DNA of 64,000 nucleotides from an uncultured Gemmatimonadaceae bacterium. GTDB lineage: Bacteria; Gemmatimonadota; Gemmatimonadetes; Gemmatimonadales; Gemmatimonadaceae. Shown in pieces: positions 61,758 to 64,000 of the stretch; position 1 is the stretch's first letter; each line of letters starts with the position of its first letter. The translations under genes and the position numbers were made by a program. The DNA is taken from positions 1,536,001-1,600,000 of the forward strand of contig CAVUDW010000003.1 of the NCBI GenBank assembly GCA_963740355.1, written 5' to 3'. The notes below the pieces were generated by a model. It worked only from the letters and a program-made list of their open reading frames with translations. It was not told where the DNA came from and did no database searches.

Positions 61758-63287
61758 CTACCTCCGTCGCTTGCCCATCAGCGCACCGAGCACCGAGCGT
61801 GTGATTGTGCCCGCAATCGTGACGGCAATCGTGCGCGCCACCGGTGAGCGCATGAAGGCGCCCAGTGCGCCCTCATCCTCGCGCGCCGTTCGTGCACCGC
61901 CCTTGGTTGGCGCAGCATCCGCTTCGGCGGCAGCAGCCTGCTCAGCGGCCGCGTGCTTCTTCTCCAGCACCTCGCGCGCCGACTCACGGTCCACGGCCGT
62001 TGCGTACTTCTTCGCCTGCGGTGTCTGCAGACGTGGTGCGACTTCCGCAGGCGTGAGTGGGCCCATGCGCGACGCCGGTGGCACCATGTGACAGACGAAC
62101 GGCAGTGTTGGTGTGCCTTTCGCCGTCAGGGTGGAGACCAGGGCTTCGCCGGTTCCCATCGAGGTGAGCGTGGCTTCGATGTCGTAGTACTCGGTCTTCG
62201 GGATCGTGCGAGCCGTGGTGCGGAGCTGCTTCTCGTCGTCCGGCGTGTAGGCGCGGAGTGCATGCTGCACACGATTGCCGAGCTGACCGAGCACGGTCTC
62301 CGGAATGTCGCGCGGCTGCTGCGTGATGTAGAAGACGCCGATGCCCTTCGAGCGGATGAGTCGGGTCACCTTCTCGATTTCATCACGCATCGCATCACTG
62401 GCATCGTTGAAGAGGAGGTGCGCTTCGTCGAAGAAGAACACCAGCTTCGGCTTCGCCAGGTCGCCCACTTCCGGCAGGGTCGCATAGAGCTCGGCCAACA
62501 TCCAGAGCATGAAGGTGGAGAACAGGGCCGGCTTGTCCTGCACATCGGAGAGCACCAGCACCGACACCAGCCCACGACCATCGCGCTCGATCGAGAAGAG
62601 GTCGTCGAGGTCGAACTCCGGCTCGCCGAAGAACTTGTCGGCGCCCTGCGCTTCGAGTCCGATGATGTTGCGCAGCAGCACGCCGACGGTGGCCTTCGAC
62701 ATGCCGCCGTATTCCTTCAATTCCGCCGCGCCGTCCTCGGTCAGGTACTGCAGCACCTCGCGCAGGTCACTCAGGTCGAGCAGCAACAGGCCCTTGTCAT
62801 CGCAGTACTTGAAGACCAGTGCCAGCACGCTCGCTTGCGTCTCGTTGAGATCGAGCACCTTCGCCATCAGCAACGGGCCGAAGCTGGAGACCGTGGCGCG
62901 CAGCTGGCCGCCGGTGGTGCCAGTGAGCGAGAGCAGCTCCACCGGGAACGACGCGGACTGCCACTTGTGTCCCGTGGCAGTTGCGCGCTCCTCGATCTTT
63001 GCGTTGCTCTCGCCCGCCATCGCGATGCCGCTGACGTCGCCCTTCACATCCGCGAGAAAGACCGGCACCCCCTGCGCGGAGAGCTGCTCAGCCATCAGCT
63101 GCAGCGTTTTCGTCTTGCCCGTGCCGGTGGCGCCGGCGATCAGGCCGTGACGCGTCATCATCGACAGCGGCAGGCGCACCAGCGGCTGCGGATCGATGGC
63201 GCCTTCGTGGACGACGGCTCCGAGCGTGATGCCCGGCAAGTCGGTCGGGAACGCGGCCTGTGCGGCGGCGATGAGGGCTTCGTTCAT
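61758..63287 (-). CDS. HerA-like ATPase (DUF853/YjgR)
   Basis: RHGLIAGATGTGKTKT, ADVKGD, FFDEAH, RLIRSKGIG, GNRVQHALRA. Confidence 0.93.
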   Translation of the reverse strand: MNEALIAAAQAAFPTDLPGITLGAVVHEGAIDPQPLVRLPLSMMTRHGLIAGATGTGKTKTLQLMAEQLSAQGVPVFLADVKGDVSGIAMAGESNAKIEERATATGHKWQSASFPVELLSLTGTTGGQLRATVSSFGPLLMAKVLDLNETQASVLALVFKYCDDKGLLLLDLSDLREVLQYLTEDGAAELKEYGGMSKATVGVLLRNIIGLEAQGADKFFGEPEFDLDDLFSIERDGRGLVSVLVLSDVQDKPALFSTFMLWMLAELYATLPEVGDLAKPKLVFFFDEAHLLFNDASDAMRDEIEKVTRLIRSKGIGVFYITQQPRDIPETVLGQLGNRVQHALRAYTPDDEKQLRTTARTIPKTEYYDIEATLTSMGTGEALVSTLTAKGTPTLPFVCHMVPPASRMGPLTPAEVAPRLQTPQAKKYATAVDRESAREVLEKKHAAAEQAAAAEADAAPTKGGARTAREDEGALGAFMRSPVARTIAVTIAGTITRSVLGALMGKRRR

Positions 63288-63457
63288 GGCGCAAGCAGAG
63301 GAAGGGGATCGCAGGCGGCGAGCCGCTCGGCGGACGGCGAATGATACCGAGGGGTGCGGGGTCTCGCTTCGGGAAGGACGCCACGACGCGGCGGCGTGTC
63401 TGGATTGGGGCCCGCACGGCGAGGCTGAAATCCGCATGAGCAGGCGCCAACGGAATC

Positions 63458-63473
63458 GGGCACCGCAATTGCT
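63458..63473 (+). promoter_or_regulatory. Putative sigma-54 promoter
   Basis: GGGCACCGCAATTGCT (GG-N10-GC), about 80 nt upstream of the lipoprotein gene. Confidence 0.6.
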
Positions 63474-63552
63474 TTTTGTGGCAGGGCGTGATCGGTGCCT
63501 TGTGTGCCGAGCATCAGCCGCCGTCATGTCCGACGCCCATTCCCGCCCTGCA

Positions 63553-64000
63553 ATGCGTATGTCTCACGCTCCCCAGCACCAGATCCGCCGTCCCTCCACC
63601 CGGCAGCTTTTGTCGGCACTAGTTGCCGTCGCTGCAGTTTCTGCCTGCTCCGGCGGGAAGAAATCGACGGTCGGCATCACCGAACCAAACGGCTCGCTGG
63701 CGCTGACGGTGTCCGGTAGCGGTACGGGCAGCGGTCGCATCATGTCGACACCAGCGGGCATCGACTGCGCGCTGTCGGCGGGTGCGGTGAGCGGCACCTG
63801 CTCCGCACGATTCGCGGCCGGTGCGGTCGTCACACTGCGCCCCGAACCCGGGACGACATCGGTGTTCCTCGCATTCGGCGGTGACTGCACACTGACCTCC
63901 TGCCAGACCACCATGCAGGCGCCACGCACGGTGACGGCGACCTTCGTTCCGAACTTCCTCTCAGTGGTGGCGAATGCCACATCGGTCGGCGGCGGGCGCA
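63553..64000 (+). CDS. Lipoprotein with InlB-B/Flg_new-like repeat (partial, runs off the window)
   Basis: Not in the ORF track because no stop is reached; translates MRMSHAP...AVSAC (lipobox)...GTGSGRIMSTPAGIDC...VTLRP...FGGDC...VTATF. Confidence 0.8.
   Translation, partial: MRMSHAPQHQIRRPSTRQLLSALVAVAAVSACSGGKKSTVGITEPNGSLALTVSGSGTGSGRIMSTPAGIDCALSAGAVSGTCSARFAAGAVVTLRPEPGTTSVFLAFGGDCTLTSCQTTMQAPRTVTATFVPNFLSVVANATSVGGGR

Overview
High-GC bacterial chromosomal window. The gene repertoire and intergenic repeats suggest a Gemmatimonadota-like diderm (inference). Most of it is housekeeping, peptidase, transport and signalling genes: psuG, kynureninase, acnA, aguBA, queCED, M3/M20/S9 peptidases, OmpA, two hybrid kinases and an ECF-sigma/Ser-Thr kinase pair. 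I saw no rRNA, tRNA, CRISPR, transposase or prophage. The most notable structure is a tandemly duplicated four-gene module at 17.4-25.7 kb: lipoprotein A, a pseudo-receiver sigma-54 activator, lipoprotein B (ZU5-like) and a cytoplasmic TPR protein. Each copy is preceded by a sigma-54 promoter, an IHF-like site and a 17-bp palindromic enhancer at identical spacing. Other highlights are a sortase with an adjacent APNTG-tagged substrate in a diderm, an orphan DnaA-box cluster with an IHF-like site (~48 kb), two GATC-rich REP-like palindrome arrays (10.1 and 36.5 kb), a ~290-bp inverted-repeat element (51.1-51.5 kb) and a patatin-ferredoxin fusion. All family assignments come from motif recognition by eye, without database searches.
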